From: an uncultured Pelagibacteraceae bacterium
Lineage (GTDB): Bacteria > Pseudomonadota > Alphaproteobacteria > Pelagibacterales > Pelagibacteraceae
Length of the DNA stretch: 64,000 nucleotides
NCBI GenBank assembly: GCA_902596325.1
Contig: CACJTN010000001.1
Span: forward strand, 5,035-69,034
Reading direction: 5' to 3'
A model generated the notes under the pieces. That model was not told the origin of the DNA. It did not search any database and worked only from the letters and a program-made list of their open reading frames with translations. Of the stretch, positions 54,766 through 64,000 are shown piece by piece (within the stretch, counting starts at the first letter, position 1; every line of letters starts with the position of its first letter). The translations under genes and the position numbers were made by a program.

Positions 54766-55847
54766 TTTTTGCACTGTGCATTGTGCATTAAAAAGTGATC
54801 TAGCAAAACACAATTCATCATTGCTTCACCGATAGGCACTGCTCTAATTCCAACACATGGATCATGTCTGCCCTTAACAGATATTGAAGTATTCTTTCCA
54901 AATTTGTCTATTGTTTTCCTCTTAGTAAGAATAGATGAGGTTGGTTTTACTGCAAACGATAAAATAATTTCTTGTCCTGATGAAATTCCACCTAAGATAC
55001 CCCCTGCATTATTAGATTTAAATAATGTGCTTTTTCCTTTTTTCGACATCTCATCAGAATTTTGTTCACCAGTTAATTGTGCAGAATTCATTCCGGAGCC
55101 TATATTGACACCTTTAACAGCATTAATACTCATCATTGCAGCTGCGAGATCCATATCTAATTTTGAATAAATTGGTGCTCCTAGTCCTACGGGTATTCCT
55201 CTTGCTCTTACCTCTATAACTGCACCACACGATGAGCCAGATTTACGTATGCTTAATAAATATTTTTCCCAAAGTTTTAAAATTGATTTATCTGGACAAA
55301 AAAGTTTATTTTTTCTTATAAATTTATCATTCCAATTTTTTAAATTACAACCTAAAATCCCTAGTTGGGTAACTGCTCCTACAACGTTGTATTTTTTGCC
55401 TAACTTGATTCTTAATACCTTCTTTGCTATTGCTCCCGCTGCGACTCTAGATGCAGTTTCTCGAGCTGATTGCCTTCCGCCTCCTCTATAATCTCTTATT
55501 CCATATTTTTTTAAATAAGTAAAATCGGCATGACCTGGTCTAAATTTATTCCTAATTGTCTCGTAATCTCGAGATCTCATATCTTTATTATAAATTATTA
55601 ATGAGATAGGAGTTCCAGTAGTTTTTCCTTCAAAAATACCTGAGAGTATCTGAACTTTGTCATCCTCTTTTCTTTGAGTAGTAAACTTTGATTGACCTGG
55701 TTTTCTTCTATTTAATTCGATTTGAATATCATCTGCATTTATTGGGATATTTGGTGGGCATCCGTCAACTACACAGCCAATGGCTGGACCATGAGACTCG
55801 CCCCATGTGGTGAATCGAAATATTTTTCCAAATGTATTAAAAGACAT
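54762..55847 (-). CDS. aroC: Chorismate synthase
   Basis: [33 protein letters not shown]. Confidence 0.98.
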   Translation of the reverse strand: MSFNTFGKIFRFTTWGESHGPAIGCVVDGCPPNIPINADDIQIELNRRKPGQSKFTTQRKEDDKVQILSGIFEGKTTGTPISLIIYNKDMRSRDYETIRNKFRPGHADFTYLKKYGIRDYRGGGRQSARETASRVAAGAIAKKVLRIKLGKKYNVVGAVTQLGILGCNLKNWNDKFIRKNKLFCPDKSILKLWEKYLLSIRKSGSSCGAVIEVRARGIPVGLGAPIYSKLDMDLAAAMMSINAVKGVNIGSGMNSAQLTGEQNSDEMSKKGKSTLFKSNNAGGILGGISSGQEIILSFAVKPTSSILTKRKTIDKFGKNTSISVKGRHDPCVGIRAVPIGEAMMNCVLLDHFLMHNAQCKN

Positions 55848-55879
55848 TAATATATTATATAAATTATTTTGTTAAAATT

Positions 55880-56506
55880 ATGAATCAAAAAAACTCTCTT
55901 GATATAAATATTTGCTTTGGAGAGCAAAAAAATCCAATTGATCTCTTTAAAGAGTGGTATGAGGAGGCTAAAAAATCTGAAATTAATGATCCTAATGCTG
56001 TAGCTGTTGCTACTTCAGATAATAATTCTATACCAAGTGTTAGAATGGTACTTTTAAAAGATTTTAGTAAAAATGGATTTATTTTTTATACAAATTTAGA
56101 TAGTAAAAAAAGTGAAGATTTAAAATCAAATCCTAATGCCTCAATGTGTTTCCACTGGAAAAGTTTATTAAGGCAAATAAGATTGGTTGGAAAAATATCT
56201 GAAGTTAGCTCGGATGAAGCTGACAAATATTATAATTCTAGAAAATATGGAAGCCGCATAGGCGCATGGGCCTCAAATCAAAGCAAAATACTTAAAAAAA
56301 GGGAGGACCTTTATAAATCTATTGAAAAATTTAAAAAAAAATATCCCGATACGGGGGTAGTACCAAGACCACCTTATTGGTCAGGATGGATTTTAAAACC
56401 AAAAGAAATTGAATTTTGGTTAGATGGTGAAAATAGAATACATGAAAGACTTAAATATGTTATTACAGAAAATGGAGAATGGGATAAATTTCTTTTAAGT
56501 CCTTAA
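55880..56506 (+). CDS. pdxH: Pyridoxine/pyridoxamine 5'-phosphate oxidase
   Basis: RMVLLK, FYTN..SKK, GAWASNQS, RPPYWSG, EFW...RIHER. Confidence 0.96.
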   Translation: MNQKNSLDINICFGEQKNPIDLFKEWYEEAKKSEINDPNAVAVATSDNNSIPSVRMVLLKDFSKNGFIFYTNLDSKKSEDLKSNPNASMCFHWKSLLRQIRLVGKISEVSSDEADKYYNSRKYGSRIGAWASNQSKILKKREDLYKSIEKFKKKYPDTGVVPRPPYWSGWILKPKEIEFWLDGENRIHERLKYVITENGEWDKFLLSP

Positions 56507-57516
56507 TAATCTCTTTCTAAACTAAAGTAAGTTAATTTCTTTAAAGTATCTTTTTCTTTAGTATCATTAAAAATATTTAATGCATTTGAGGCAATATTTA
56601 CAAAATATGACGCTTTCTCATAACATTCATTGATTATGTTATATTTTTTTATCATTTGAATAGTATTTGTGAAATCTTGCTCATTCCTTAAATCTTTATT
56701 AAAATAATTTTTTAGTAATTTTTTTTCATCATTAGATGCTTTTTGATATAAAATTATAATTGGTAATGTAATTTTGCCCTCATAAAAGTCGTTACCTGTT
56801 TCTTTTCCAAATAATTTAATTTCTGAATTATAATCAAGGGCATCATCTGCAATTTGAAATGTTAAACCTAAATTTTTTCCATAAGAATTTAGAGCGTCTT
56901 TAATATTTTGTTCACTTCCAGATAATATAGCACCTACTTTAGTCGCCGAGGCAAATAAAGATGCCGTCTTCCATGAGATAATTTTTAAATATGTTTCTTC
57001 TAAAATATCTATATCGTTTTTATGTTGTAACTGTAGTACTTCACCTTGAGATATTTGAGCAGAGGTAGAAGACAATAATTTTAGTACTTCTAAATCCCCA
57101 TCATCAACCATCATTTCAAAGCATCTACTCAATAAATAATCTCCAACTAATATAGATGATTGATTACCCCAAATATTGTTTAATGTTTTTTTACCTCTTC
57201 TAACCTCTCCATTATCAATTACGTCATCGTGAAGAAGTGTGGCTGCGTGAATTAGCTCAACACAAGCGGCTAGGTTTATATCTCTTCCACCTTTTTTATA
57301 CCCACAGAGTTTTGCTGAGCCTAGAGTTAATAATGCTCTGAGTCGTTTTCCACCTGTATTAAAGTGATATTTAGTCATTCGGTCAACCAAATCCACCTCA
57401 CTATTTAGTTTATTTTTTATTTTCTCGTCAACTAATACCAACTTATCCTCTACTAAGTTTTTTAGATCAAAATATGAGTTGTTAATCTTTGTTTTTAATT
57501 GAATTACGCTTCCCAT
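56503..57516 (-). CDS. ispB: Long-chain polyprenyl (octa/decaprenyl) diphosphate synthase
   Basis: GGKRLR, ELIHAATLLHDDVID..RRG, FQIADDALDY, EGKITLP. Confidence 0.93.
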   Translation of the reverse strand: MGSVIQLKTKINNSYFDLKNLVEDKLVLVDEKIKNKLNSEVDLVDRMTKYHFNTGGKRLRALLTLGSAKLCGYKKGGRDINLAACVELIHAATLLHDDVIDNGEVRRGKKTLNNIWGNQSSILVGDYLLSRCFEMMVDDGDLEVLKLLSSTSAQISQGEVLQLQHKNDIDILEETYLKIISWKTASLFASATKVGAILSGSEQNIKDALNSYGKNLGLTFQIADDALDYNSEIKLFGKETGNDFYEGKITLPIIILYQKASNDEKKLLKNYFNKDLRNEQDFTNTIQMIKKYNIINECYEKASYFVNIASNALNIFNDTKEKDTLKKLTYFSLERDY

Positions 57517-57625
57517 AATTACAAACTATTACAATTTTGTTGATATTATACTTATCAATTGACGCACCTAAATCTTCAACTAAAAGGAGACTTTATATTA
57601 ATATAAAAATTTTATAAGCATAATT

Positions 57626-58432
57626 ATGTTTTCACTTTTCAAAAAAAAAAAGATAATACCACTGATAAAACTTTCAGGTGTAATTGGAAGTGTCGGTAAA
57701 TTTAGACAAGGAATAGATTTTTCAGGACAAGAAGAAATTATCACAAAAGCTTTTTCAATGAAGAAATCCCCAGCTGTTGCAATTTCAATTAATTCACCAG
57801 GCGGGTCTCCAGTTCAATCACACCTAATTCATGATCACATTAGGCAGTTAGCAAAGAAAAATAACAAAAAAGTTATTGTTTTTGCTGAGGATGTGGCTGC
57901 ATCAGGCGGCTATCTAATTTCATGTGCTGGAGATGAAATATATGCAAATAAGAGCTCCATCATTGGATCTATTGGAGTTATATATTCATCTTTTGGATTT
58001 AAAGATTTAATAGGTAAAATTGGAGTTGAAAGAAGAGTTTACACTGCAGGAAAAAATAAAAGTACACTAGATCCTTTCTTAGATGAAAAAGAGGAGGATA
58101 TTAAAAGGTTAAAAAATATTCAACTAGACTTACATAAAGATTTCATTGATGTTGTAGAAAATAGTAGAGCTGCCAAACTAAAAAAAGATAAAGGTATTGA
58201 ATTATTTTCTGGCGAATTTTGGTCAGGTAGAAAAGCACTAGAGCTAGGTTTAATTGATGGTTTAGGAAATGTTAATGATATTCTAAAAAATAAATTTGGA
58301 GAAAATATTATTATTAAAAAATTTGAAAAATCTAAGAGTTGGTTAGCTAGAAAACTATCTTCAGAAACACAAATAGAAAAATTATTAAATACAATTGAAG
58401 AAAAAAATCTCTGGCAAAAATATGGTTTCTAA
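57626..58432 (+). CDS. S49 family peptidase (SppA/SohB-like)
   Basis: [35 protein letters not shown]. Confidence 0.93.
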   Translation: MFSLFKKKKIIPLIKLSGVIGSVGKFRQGIDFSGQEEIITKAFSMKKSPAVAISINSPGGSPVQSHLIHDHIRQLAKKNNKKVIVFAEDVAASGGYLISCAGDEIYANKSSIIGSIGVIYSSFGFKDLIGKIGVERRVYTAGKNKSTLDPFLDEKEEDIKRLKNIQLDLHKDFIDVVENSRAAKLKKDKGIELFSGEFWSGRKALELGLIDGLGNVNDILKNKFGENIIIKKFEKSKSWLARKLSSETQIEKLLNTIEEKNLWQKYGF

Positions 58433-59294
58433 AAAAACTAAAAAACTTATCACATTTCAAGATACCATATTTAATCTCCAGAATTATTGGAGTAATCATG
58501 GTTGTTTAATATTACAACCTTATGACGTTGAGGTAGGTGCAGGAACATTCCATCCTGCAACTACTCTACGTTCACTTGGACCAGATAAGTGGAGAGCTGC
58601 ATATGTTCAACCCTCAAGGCGTCCATCAGATGGGAGATATGGAGAAAACCCAAATAGACTTCAGCATTACTATCAATTTCAGGTATTAATAAAACCATCA
58701 CCTGAAAATATAAAAAAATTATTCTTAGATAGTCTTTCATCAATAGGTATAGATAAAAATGTACATGATATTAGATTTATCGAGGATGACTGGGAAAGTC
58801 CAACTTTGGGAGCTGCGGGGTTAGGTTGGGAAGTTTGGTGCGATGGTATGGAGATAACTCAATTTACCTATTTTCAACAAATGGCAGGTGTTCAATGCAG
58901 TCCAGTTTCAGTAGAACTTACTTATGGGCTTGAAAGAATTTGCATGTTCGTTCAGGAAAAGTCAAATGTGTTCGATATTTTATGGAATAAAGATGGAACT
59001 TTATATAAAGATATTTACAAAGAAAACGAAAAACAATTTTCTAAATATAATTTTGAATTAGCAAGTATCGATTACTTATTTAACTCTTTTGAGAGTTTAG
59101 AAAAAGAGGCTAAAAATTTATTACTCAATAAACTCCCTTTACCTGCTTATGACTATAGCTTAAAGGCTAGTCATGTTTTTAATATTCTTGATTCACGTGG
59201 CGCAATTAGCACAGCTCAAAGAGCAGGATATATTTCCCGAATAAGAGATTTGGTAAAAGAAGTAGGGTTAAAATGGTTAGAGGAAAAAAAATAA
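58422..59294 (+). CDS. glyQ: Glycine--tRNA ligase alpha subunit
   Basis: [47 protein letters not shown]; ATG at 58422 preferred. Confidence 0.98.
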   Translation: MVSKKTKKLITFQDTIFNLQNYWSNHGCLILQPYDVEVGAGTFHPATTLRSLGPDKWRAAYVQPSRRPSDGRYGENPNRLQHYYQFQVLIKPSPENIKKLFLDSLSSIGIDKNVHDIRFIEDDWESPTLGAAGLGWEVWCDGMEITQFTYFQQMAGVQCSPVSVELTYGLERICMFVQEKSNVFDILWNKDGTLYKDIYKENEKQFSKYNFELASIDYLFNSFESLEKEAKNLLLNKLPLPAYDYSLKASHVFNILDSRGAISTAQRAGYISRIRDLVKEVGLKWLEEKK

Positions 59295-61382
59295 ATGTCA
59301 GAATTTTTTTTAGAATTATTTACGGAAGAAATGCCTCCATCTTTGCAGAATAAAGCTAAAATTGAATTTTTAGAGATTTTTAAAAATTTTCTTGATCAAA
59401 AAAAAATATCTTATAACAAATCATTTTATTCTATCTCAACTCCAAACAGACTAATATTTTACTTTAAGGATATAGTAAACGAATTTGAAAAAAAAACAGA
59501 AGAAATTAGAGGTCCAAGAGTTGATGCAAATAATGAGTCTCTGGCAGGTTTCTTAAAATCAAGAAATATATCAAAAAAAAAAATTTTCATAAAAAAAACT
59601 CCAAAGGGTGAGTTTTATTTTTATAAAATTCCATCAATAAAAATTAGCACCAAAAAAATACTACAGGAACATATGCCATTTTTATTACAAAGAATTAAAT
59701 GGAAAAAATCAATGAAATGGGGAAATTATGAATTATCTTGGGGTAGACCTCTTAAATCTATAATGTGTTTGTTTAATGGTACATCATTAAATTTCGTTTT
59801 TTATCATCTTAAAAGTTCCAACAAAACTTTTATAAATAAAGATGATGAGATAAAAACTCGGACATTTAAATATTTTAAATCTTATAAAAATTATTTTAAA
59901 CAAGCTGGAGTTATAGTTGACGATAGAGAGAGAAAGTTGAGCATAAAGAAAAATTTAGAAAAAATTTCGAAGGTAAAGAATTTTAATTTAAATATAAATT
60001 TAAAGCTTTTGGATGAGGTAACAAACATTGTAGAAAAACCCAAGGTAATTTTATGTTCTTTTAATAAAAGATTCCTTGAAATTCCAAAAGAAGTAATACA
60101 ATTAACCATCGAAAATCATCAAAAGTTTTTCCCAATTTCCGATAAAAAAAACAACCTGTCGAATTACTTTTTTTCTGTAATTGATAAAGAGGACAAATTT
60201 GGATTAATAAAAAAAGGCAATGAGAGTGTAGTTGATGCAAGGTTATCTGACGCTGAGTATTTTTGGAAAAAAAATAAATCACAAAGTATGCTTAAATATG
60301 TCCCTAAGCTTGAAAATGTAAATTATTTTAATGGTTTAGGAAATTATCTGGATAAAACAAAAAGAATTAAAAATTTAAGTAGTTTAATTTCAGACGAATT
60401 ATTAATTAGTAAAGAAAAATTAGAGTTAGCATCTACAATTGCTAAAGTAGATTTGCTTTTTGATTTAGTGAACGAGTTTCCAGAAATGCAAGGGGTGTTA
60501 GGAGGATACTTTGCTGAGTCGCAAGGGTTTGAAAAGGAAGTATGTTTAGCAATTAGTGAGCATTATTTGCCTAGCGGGCTGAATAGCAGAACACCAAAAA
60601 ATAATTATAGTATAGCTTTGTCTTTAAGTGATAAACTTGATACCTTGGTAGGATTTTTTGGTTTAGATTTAGTTCCCACTAGCTCAAAAGATCCCTATGC
60701 CTTAAGAAGAATAACAATAGGTCTTATCAAATTAATCATAGAAAACAAAAAATCTTTTAAACTTAAAGAACTGATCGATTATTCTTGCCAGTTGTATAAT
60801 AACCAATCTATAAACTTTGATAGAAAATCTATTCATACTAATCTTTCCGTTTTTATAATAGATAGACTAAAAAATTACATGAAAGAAAGGGGTATAAGAC
60901 AAGATATAATAGAAAGTTCATTAATAGATTTTGATTTAAATAATATTTTTGTAATTTTCACAAAAGCTGACAGACTTAATAAAGTAATAAAAAAACAGGT
61001 TGGAATAGATTTAATAGAAAACTACAAAAGGGCATTTAATATTTTAAATTCAGAAATCCAACAGCAAAATGAAGATTTCAAAGGTTCTGCAGATCCTGCT
61101 TTATTTAAAAGTAATTTTGAAAAAGATCTTTTTAAAAAAATTCACGACATTAGAAAAAATTTTACAAGCATTAACTTAGAAAATGATTATGACAGTCAAT
61201 TATCATTATTAGCTTCTCTAAAAAAAGAAGTAGAAAGTTTTTTTGATAATGTCATAGTTAACGATAATGACATAGTTATAAAAAAAAATAGATTAGAGCT
61301 TTTAAAAATGTTGTGTAATACATTTGATAAATATTTTAATTTTGAAAAAATTGAATTTTTAAATGAAAAAGCTGGTATTTAA
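59295..61382 (+). CDS. glyS: Glycine--tRNA ligase beta subunit
   Basis: ELFTEEMP, KSMKW, EFPEMQG, EHYLP, SKDPYALRR, NRL. Confidence 0.96.
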   Translation: MSEFFLELFTEEMPPSLQNKAKIEFLEIFKNFLDQKKISYNKSFYSISTPNRLIFYFKDIVNEFEKKTEEIRGPRVDANNESLAGFLKSRNISKKKIFIKKTPKGEFYFYKIPSIKISTKKILQEHMPFLLQRIKWKKSMKWGNYELSWGRPLKSIMCLFNGTSLNFVFYHLKSSNKTFINKDDEIKTRTFKYFKSYKNYFKQAGVIVDDRERKLSIKKNLEKISKVKNFNLNINLKLLDEVTNIVEKPKVILCSFNKRFLEIPKEVIQLTIENHQKFFPISDKKNNLSNYFFSVIDKEDKFGLIKKGNESVVDARLSDAEYFWKKNKSQSMLKYVPKLENVNYFNGLGNYLDKTKRIKNLSSLISDELLISKEKLELASTIAKVDLLFDLVNEFPEMQGVLGGYFAESQGFEKEVCLAISEHYLPSGLNSRTPKNNYSIALSLSDKLDTLVGFFGLDLVPTSSKDPYALRRITIGLIKLIIENKKSFKLKELIDYSCQLYNNQSINFDRKSIHTNLSVFIIDRLKNYMKERGIRQDIIESSLIDFDLNNIFVIFTKADRLNKVIKKQVGIDLIENYKRAFNILNSEIQQQNEDFKGSADPALFKSNFEKDLFKKIHDIRKNFTSINLENDYDSQLSLLASLKKEVESFFDNVIVNDNDIVIKKNRLELLKMLCNTFDKYFNFEKIEFLNEKAGI

Positions 61383-64000
61383 TTTTAAATCTAAAATTAC
61401 TAAAAAATTTAAATCCCCTAAAAATATACTAGGAGGCAAAGGAGCTAATCTTGCTGAGATGGGTAGATTAGGTTTTCCAGTACCATCTGGATTTACTATT
61501 TCTACAAATGCATGTGAAGCATTTTACAAAAATAATAAAAAATTAGACAAAAAAGTATTAATTGAGATTAAAAAAGAATTAAGTCAAATTGAAAAAGAAA
61601 TTGGTAAAAAATTCGGTAATACTATCGATCCTCTTCTACTATCTGTTAGATCCGGTGCGAGAGTATCAATGCCTGGTATGATGGATACTGTTTTAAATTT
61701 AGGTCTTAACGATATAACAGTCGAGGCACTTGCAAAAAAAACTAAAAACAACAGATTTGCCAAAGACAGTTACAGAAGATTTATTCAAATGTACTCTACT
61801 GTAGTATTAAATATTGAGAGTTATAAATTTGAGGATTTAATAGAAAATTATAAATTAACCAAAGGCGTACTTTTAGATACTGACCTTGAAACGAATGATT
61901 GGGAGGCGTTAATTAGAGATTTTAAAAATGTTGTAAAACAAGAAACTAAAAAAGATTTTCCTCAAAATGTAGAGGATCAATTAATAAATGCTGTCTCTTC
62001 AGTATTTTTATCTTGGGAAAGCAATCGAGCAAAAACTTATAGAAAGATTAATCGAATACCATCCTATTGGGGAACTGCTGTAAATGTACAATCAATGGTT
62101 TTTGGAAATATGGGAAATAAATGTGCAACTGGAGTAACTTTTACAAGAGACCCATCTAATGGAAATAATGAGATATATGGTGAATATTTAGTTAATGCTC
62201 AGGGAGAGGACGTGGTAGCAGGCACAAGAACACCGCAATATATTACTAAAAGATCAAGACTTAAATCAAATAATAAAGAAATGTCTTTGGAAGAAAATAT
62301 GCCAAAGCTATTTAAACAGCTAAAAAAAATTTTAAAATCTTTGGAGAAGCATTACAAAGATATGCAAGATGTAGAGTTTACTATAGAAAACGGAAAGCTT
62401 TGGATACTTCAGACAAGATCAGGTAAAAGAACTGCCAGATCAGCAATTAAAATCGCAGTAGATATGGTTAAAGAAAAGTTAATAACAAAAAAAGAAGCGT
62501 TATTAAGAATAGATCCTGGATCGCTTGATAATTTGTTACATCCTTCCTTAGATGAAAAAGCCGAGATGAATATAATTGCAAATGGGTTGCCTGCTTCACC
62601 AGGTGCATCAAGTGGAAAAGTGGTTTTTTCATCCGATGAAGCTGAAAGACTTAATTCTATGATGCAAGACACAATATTGGTAAGAGTAGAGACTTCTCCA
62701 GAGGATATAAATGGCATGCATGCGGCTAAAGGAATATTAACTTCAAGAGGAGGTATGACAAGCCATGCAGCAGTTGTAGCAAGAGGCATGGGTAGACCAT
62801 GCGTTTCAGGGTCAAGTGAAATTGAAATTGATTATAAGAAAAAAATTTTTAAAGTTAATAATAAAATAGTTAAGGAAGGAGAAATTATAACAATAGATGG
62901 ATCTTCTGGAAGAGTAATTTTGGGGGAGGTCAAAACTATTAAACCCGATGTTTCAGGTGATTTTCTTAAATTAATGAAATGGGCAGATAAATATAGAAAA
63001 CTTAAAATAAGAACTAATTCTGAAACACCATCTGATACTAAAACCGCGAGAGAATTTGGAGCAGAGGGAATTGGTCTATGCAGAACTGAGCATATGTTTT
63101 TTGATGAAGATAGAATTTTATCTGTTAGGCAAATGATACTTTCAAAATCAAAAAAAGACAGAGATTTAGCTTTGTCTAAACTTTTACCATACCAAAAAAA
63201 AGACTTTATTGAAATATTCAAAATTATGAAAGGTTTACCAGTTACTGTGAGATTGTTAGACCCACCACTACACGAGTTTTTACCAAAAACAAAAGAGGAG
63301 ATTGAAGGTGTTGCGAAATCTTTAGATATTTCTTACAAAGAAGTAGATCAAAGAATACAAGAGTTACATGAACAAAACCCTATGCTTGGACATAGAGGTT
63401 GTAGATTGGCAATATCTTTTCCAGAAATTTATGAAATGCAATGTAAGGCAATATTTGAAGCTTTAGTCGAATGTAAAAAAAATAAAATTAAATCTATAAT
63501 TCCTGAAATTATGATTCCTTTAGTGTCTACTGAGGCTGAGATAAAAATAATGAAAGATCTAGTTATTAAAATAGCCAGAGAGGTAGAAAATAAAACTAAA
63601 ATTAAAATTAATTTTTTGGTAGGCACAATGATAGAATTACCTAGGGCAGCCATTAAAGCTAACGAAATAGCAAAACATGCAGAATTTTTTAGCTTTGGTA
63701 CTAATGATTTAACACAAACAACATTTGGAATAAGCAGAGATGATAGTGGTAAATTTTTAAATGATTATATTGAAAATAAAATTTTTGATGTTGATCCATT
63801 TGTTTCAATTGATGACGGAGTTGGTGAACTAATAAAATTTGCTGCAGAAGAAGGTAAAAAACAAAATAAAAAAATTAAGCTGGGTATTTGTGGTGAACAT
63901 GGAGGAGATCCAAAAAGTATAAATTTTTGTTCAAAAACTGGCCTAGATTACGTTTCTTGCTCTCCTTATAGAGTTCCTGTAGCAATATTAGCTGCAGCTC
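61363..64000 (+). CDS. ppdK: Pyruvate, phosphate dikinase (3' end runs off the window; not in ORF track)
   Basis: Manual translation from ATG 61363: LGGKGANLAEM, LSVRSGARVSMPGMMDT, NAQGEDVVAG, GGMTSHAAVVAR, SFGTNDLTQ, GICGEHGGDP. Confidence 0.98.
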   Translation, partial: MKKLVFNFKSKITKKFKSPKNILGGKGANLAEMGRLGFPVPSGFTISTNACEAFYKNNKKLDKKVLIEIKKELSQIEKEIGKKFGNTIDPLLLSVRSGARVSMPGMMDTVLNLGLNDITVEALAKKTKNNRFAKDSYRRFIQMYSTVVLNIESYKFEDLIENYKLTKGVLLDTDLETNDWEALIRDFKNVVKQETKKDFPQNVEDQLINAVSSVFLSWESNRAKTYRKINRIPSYWGTAVNVQSMVFGNMGNKCATGVTFTRDPSNGNNEIYGEYLVNAQGEDVVAGTRTPQYITKRSRLKSNNKEMSLEENMPKLFKQLKKILKSLEKHYKDMQDVEFTIENGKLWILQTRSGKRTARSAIKIAVDMVKEKLITKKEALLRIDPGSLDNLLHPSLDEKAEMNIIANGLPASPGASSGKVVFSSDEAERLNSMMQDTILVRVETSPEDINGMHAAKGILTSRGGMTSHAAVVARGMGRPCVSGSSEIEIDYKKKIFKVNNKIVKEGEIITIDGSSGRVILGEVKTIKPDVSGDFLKLMKWADKYRKLKIRTNSETPSDTKTAREFGAEGIGLCRTEHMFFDEDRILSVRQMILSKSKKDRDLALSKLLPYQKKDFIEIFKIMKGLPVTVRLLDPPLHEFLPKTKEEIEGVAKSLDISYKEVDQRIQELHEQNPMLGHRGCRLAISFPEIYEMQCKAIFEALVECKKNKIKSIIPEIMIPLVSTEAEIKIMKDLVIKIAREVENKTKIKINFLVGTMIELPRAAIKANEIAKHAEFFSFGTNDLTQTTFGISRDDSGKFLNDYIENKIFDVDPFVSIDDGVGELIKFAAEEGKKQNKKIKLGICGEHGGDPKSINFCSKTGLDYVSCSPYRVPVAILAAA

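Noticed and set aside
57540-57558. FNR/FixK box
   Set aside because: Half-sites TTGAT and ATCAA are 9 nt apart instead of 4

Overview
Very AT-rich, extremely compact alphaproteobacterial chromosome segment. Gene content, gene order, near-absent intergenic DNA and a stand-alone 5S rRNA gene all point to SAR11/Pelagibacterales. Bases 1-18.5 kb are the distal end of a surface-glycan (O-chain/LPS) hypervariable island bounded by the 5S rRNA gene (HVR2-like). It holds glycosyltransferases, methyltransferases, gmd-fcl, a WecA-like transferase, an O-antigen ligase-like protein and a STELLO/DUF288 protein. Embedded in the island is a tightly coupled minus-strand operon: signal-peptide-bearing inorganic pyrophosphatase, DUF4956 membrane protein, membrane-anchored CotH-family kinase with a beta-helix, VTC/CYTH polyphosphate-polymerase-domain protein, and a DPM1-like GT2. 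This is the best candidate for an undescribed system (polyphosphate export driving extracytoplasmic phosphorylation of surface glycans or proteins). Bases 18.7-64 kb are core genome: rpmJ, pntAB, tal, tRNA-fMet, rpsU, efp, thiE, fba-pgk-gap-tkt, zapA, tol-pal, ftsH, folP, glmM, purA, rpoH, tRNA-Arg(UCG), dxs, aroC, glyQS and a partial ppdK. Smaller oddities include a probable AUU start with a perfect Shine-Dalgarno on rpsU, a phage/MOC1-type RuvC without ruvAB, no 6S RNA between zapA and ygfA, and a DnaA box upstream of pal. All calls come from motif recognition and synteny by eye; no database searches were run.
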